From: a virus
Virus record (IMG/VR): IMGVR_UViG_3300042907_001269
Location: 22,908 to 86,907 of that record
Direction: 5' to 3' (one strand)
DNA: 64,000 nucleotides
The notes beneath the pieces are model-generated. The model was not told the origin of the DNA and did not search any database. It was given only the letters and a program-made list of their open reading frames with translations. Positions 61,139 to 64,000 of this stretch are shown here, piece by piece (the stretch's first letter is position 1; every line of letters begins with the position of its first letter). Position numbers and translations under genes: made by a program.

Positions 61139-61486
61139 TTAGTTATTTATCTTGATTTGTCCAAAAGGTATTCTTCTCAAATCACCAACCTCATTTTTAT
61201 CCACAATATGTAGGGGTCCAATCACTTCTTCAAAGGTATATTGACGCCCCCTCCCCCAGTGGAAGTTAATGCCAGTAAATCCCCAAGAATAAACATTTGT
61301 AACGGCAACAAAAGGATGTGCGTCATATCTTACACGAGGAGTCTTCGGTCTGTAAACAAAAGTATAAAACTTACCTGCCTCTGGAGAAGTAGTTGTTTGT
61401 TTCAATACATCAAGTATTTCCAACATCAAATCATCGGCATCTTCTGTTCCATATAAGTTTTTGAGTAGAGGTTTAATACGGTTCAT
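61139..61486 (-). CDS. gp2: DNA end protector gp2-like protein
   Basis: GKFYTFVYRPKT..YDAHP.V...WGFTGINFHW; syntenic position. Confidence 0.72.
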   Translation of the reverse strand: MNRIKPLLKNLYGTEDADDLMLEILDVLKQTTTSPEAGKFYTFVYRPKTPRVRYDAHPFVAVTNVYSWGFTGINFHWGRGRQYTFEEVIGPLHIVDKNEVGDLRRIPFGQIKINN

Positions 61487-61926
61487 TTTTTAGAAATACC
61501 TAATTCGTGTTCCGTGATTACTTTGAAGGTCCATCCTTTATCTTTACAATATTCTCTTGCCGCTTCCCACTTTGATTGGTTTTTGGCATATTCATATGCT
61601 TCATAGATGTATCCTTTGGTCTGCCTCTTAGGTTTGGGTGGAGGCATCGTTTGCTTATATGGTTTAATCTCAATCAAATACTTTTTAGTACTTCCATCTG
61701 GTTCTTTAACCTTTATATAAGCATCAGGAAAGTATCTATGAATTCTTCCATCTACCGGTGAACGATATGGAATTGCAAGTTCTTCTGAAGCATACTCTAA
61801 AATATTTTCATTCGTATCACAATATTTTAGAAACTTCAATTCCCATAAAGACCGATAGATGATGTTGGTGGGGTCTCCAACATATTTTTCAGGAAATGAT
61901 GGTTTGAATTTTCCTTTATAAGACAT
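61483..61926 (-). CDS. gp4: head completion protein gp4
   Basis: YKGKFKP..PEKY.GD..IIYRSLWE, RYFPD, IEIKP, NQSKW.AA. Confidence 0.92.
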   Translation of the reverse strand: MSYKGKFKPSFPEKYVGDPTNIIYRSLWELKFLKYCDTNENILEYASEELAIPYRSPVDGRIHRYFPDAYIKVKEPDGSTKKYLIEIKPYKQTMPPPKPKRQTKGYIYEAYEYAKNQSKWEAAREYCKDKGWTFKVITEHELGISKK

Positions 61927-61927
61927 C

Positions 61928-61965
61928 TAAATACTTATACTAATAAGACTCATAAAAGGTATTTA
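61928..61965. promoter_or_regulatory. overlapping divergent late promoters
   Basis: TAAATA at 61928-61933 (+) and TATTTA at 61960-61965 (TAAATA on -) in the 41-bp gap between divergent genes. Confidence 0.65.
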
Positions 61966-61967
61966 GA

Positions 61968-62738
61968 ATGCCTAGTATCCGCAGAATATCTGATTTTAAA
62001 CCACTATTTACGAATCTGGCTCAGAGTTCTCACTTTCAGGTCATCTTTGGTGGTCTACCAACTCCACTTTTATCACATCTTGCAATAAGAGGAGTTGACC
62101 CATTATTTGTTGCTAATGATGCGGGACTACTTTGTTTTTCGGCATCACTACCGGGAACTCAACTAGCAACTGCCGATATTAGCAATAATTATACTGGAGT
62201 AAACGAAAGAATTGCTCATCGCAGAATCTTTACAGAAATTGGTCTGGAGTTTTATGTTGATAGTAATTATACCAATTTAAAATTCATAGAGCACTGGATG
62301 GAGTTTATTGCCAGTGGTTCTAATGAGAATCCATCCAGAGACGGATATTATTTTAGAATGAGATATCCAAAAGATTATAAGAGTGATATGACTAAGATTA
62401 TTAAGTTTGATAGAGATTATAATGCAGAAATTGAGTATAATTTTTTCGGACTATTTCCACTTTCTTTAAATTCAGTACCAGTTCAGTATAATGGTTCTGA
62501 TATATTAAAAATGAGTGCCACATTTAATTACGAAAGATATGTTTGTGGCAGAACATTAAGTTTAGATTTTATAAGAAATAATGATAATAATAAAGTCTTA
62601 GGTAATGTAATTAACAGTACAACTAATCAAACAAATAGACAAAATAGACTTGCCACAGGAAGAGATGAATTGATTAATAGAAATCTCAATCTAGGAACTG
62701 GTAGATTGGATGACCCAAGACCAGTTGGAGTTGCCTAA
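61968..62738 (+). CDS. tail-tube-fold protein (gp54/gp19-like)
   Basis: LLC.SASLPG, EFYVD, WMEFI, FPLSL.SVP..Y, ATFNY. Confidence 0.7.
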   Translation: MPSIRRISDFKPLFTNLAQSSHFQVIFGGLPTPLLSHLAIRGVDPLFVANDAGLLCFSASLPGTQLATADISNNYTGVNERIAHRRIFTEIGLEFYVDSNYTNLKFIEHWMEFIASGSNENPSRDGYYFRMRYPKDYKSDMTKIIKFDRDYNAEIEYNFFGLFPLSLNSVPVQYNGSDILKMSATFNYERYVCGRTLSLDFIRNNDNNKVLGNVINSTTNQTNRQNRLATGRDELINRNLNLGTGRLDDPRPVGVA

Positions 62739-62776
62739 GTCGTCTAAATAATTTTAACTGAACTTTATAGGATATT

Positions 62777-63496
62777 ATGCCTTTACCAAAGATTGCAACT
62801 CCAATTTATGAATTGGAAATTCCTTCATTAAAAAAGAAAATTAGATATAGACCCTTTCTAGTTAAAGAAGAAAAAATTCTGATTATTGCTCTAGAAAGCG
62901 AAGACCCTAAACAGATTGCAAATGCAGTTAAGAATGTCATTTCAAATTGCATTTTAAGCAAAGGTATTAAAGTAGAAGACCTATCCACATTTGATATTGA
63001 GTATTTGTTTCTTAATATTAGAGGTAAGTCTGTGGGTGAGAGTGTTGATGTTTTAATCACTTGCCCTGATGATGAAACGACTCAGGTTCCGATGAGTATT
63101 AATTTAGATGAGATTACTGTTGAGGTTGATCCAAAACATTCTTGTGATATTAAGTTAGATGATACTCTAACTCTAAGAATGAGATATCCATCTATGACTG
63201 AGTTTATCAAGAATAATTTTGATTCTGGTGATGGTGTAAGTGTTGATGATACTTTTGATTTGATTATATCTTGTATTGATCAAATTTATTCGGAAGAAGA
63301 ATCTTGGACAGCAAGTGATTCTACTAAAAAAGAATTATTAGAATTCGTAGAGCAGTTAAGTTCCAAACAATTCAAAGAAGTTGAAAAATTTTTTGAGACT
63401 ATGCCTAAACTTTCTCATACAATTAAAGTTAAAAATCCAAAGACCGGTGTGGAAAGTGAAGTTGTATTGGAGGGTCTTTCAGCTTTTTTCGTGTAG
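62777..63496 (+). CDS. gp26: baseplate hub assembly protein gp26
   Basis: MPLPKI.TP.Y.L, YRPFLVKEEKIL, FDIEYLFLNIRGKSVGE, FFETMPKL, LEGLSAFF. Confidence 0.9.
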   Translation: MPLPKIATPIYELEIPSLKKKIRYRPFLVKEEKILIIALESEDPKQIANAVKNVISNCILSKGIKVEDLSTFDIEYLFLNIRGKSVGESVDVLITCPDDETTQVPMSINLDEITVEVDPKHSCDIKLDDTLTLRMRYPSMTEFIKNNFDSGDGVSVDDTFDLIISCIDQIYSEEESWTASDSTKKELLEFVEQLSSKQFKEVEKFFETMPKLSHTIKVKNPKTGVESEVVLEGLSAFFV

Positions 63497-63525
63497 GTAT
63501 GGCGCATACTGATCTTGCGTCATAC
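63469..63525 (+). promoter_or_regulatory. candidate -1 programmed ribosomal frameshift signal
   Basis: GGAGGG(63469-63474), slippery T_TTT_TTC(63484-63490), 6-nt spacer, then a 10-bp hairpin (63497-63506/63516-63525). Confidence 0.65.
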
Positions 63526-63672
63526 TATAAGACAAACTTTGCTCTGATGCAGCATCATAAATACTCTTTGACTGAACTAGAAGATATGATTCCTTGGGAA
63601 AGGGAAATTTATATAACTCTCCTACAAAATTATATTGAAGAAGAAAATTTAAAGAACCAAGCAAATGGCTGA
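63499..63672 (+). CDS. gp51: gp51-like baseplate hub assembly protein (57 aa)
   Basis: YYKTNFALMQHHKYSLTELEDMIPWEREIY. Not in the ORF track. Lies in the -1 frame relative to gp26. Confidence 0.82.
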   Translation: MAHTDLASYYKTNFALMQHHKYSLTELEDMIPWEREIYITLLQNYIEEENLKNQANG

Positions 63673-64000
63673 TTTAGCACAAATAGCTCAAAGTGGGGTA
63701 GATCCTATATCTGGGTCCTATTTGTCTGCGGAAAGAAGAAAGGCACTATTTCAAAGAAGTAGAGTCTCATCAAATATTTTTGGTGGAGGTGGGGCACTTG
63801 TTCCGGTTAGTAGAAAATCAGACCCAGAGACTTTAGCAATTGTAAAGTCTCAATCATCATCAATAACATCAGTACAACAACAGGTTAATACCTTAAGTTC
63901 TGAGGTTGCTAATTTAAATAAGGTAATATTTGTTCAGACCCAAACCGTAAATGGAGTTCAAGAACTAGTAGGAAGTTTAAGAGGTGAAGTTACTGTTTTT
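63665..64000 (+). CDS. coiled-coil baseplate hub / tape-measure-like protein, truncated by the window edge
   Basis: MADLAQIAQSGVDPISGSYLSAERRKALF..., open to the end of the window with a heptad-like QQQVNTLSSEVANLNK. The function is inferred from position. Confidence 0.5.
   Translation, partial: MADLAQIAQSGVDPISGSYLSAERRKALFQRSRVSSNIFGGGGALVPVSRKSDPETLAIVKSQSSSITSVQQQVNTLSSEVANLNKVIFVQTQTVNGVQELVGSLRGEVTVF

Overview
This window is part of the genome of a T4-like cyanomyovirus. It is AT-rich and almost entirely + strand. T4 core genes (gp32, gp33, gp59, gp53, gp48, gp2, gp4, gp26, gp51) sit with thyX, phoH, glutaredoxin and photosynthesis genes (two hli, psbA, ferredoxin). Layout from left to right: (i) two glycosyltransferases, an hli cluster and psbA, which is split by a 209-nt ORF-less group I intron and followed by a free-standing putative homing endonuclease; (ii) a ~33-kb fibre/adhesin region with three proline-free (Gly-X-Gln)n collagen-like proteins (one of 3251 aa), three tandem LamG lectins, a Gly-rich/LamG mosaic and three RCC1 propellers; (iii) a ~15-kb glycosyl-/sulfo-/methyl-transferase island partly interleaved with the RCC1 genes; (iv) an NtcA-box promoter, tandem glutamine-riboswitch-like leader and DUF4278 (YRG) peptide operon; (v) replication and baseplate core genes with two more free-standing endonucleases. 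Best candidates for undescribed biology: a dnaX-like -1 frameshift cassette fusing gp26 to gp51 (lambda G/GT-like logic), a putative fibre glycosylation/sulfation system, a two-layer nitrogen-sensing module, and a psbA intron plus endonuclease with a recoded exon 2. All family assignments come from motif recognition by eye. No database searches or folding programs were run.
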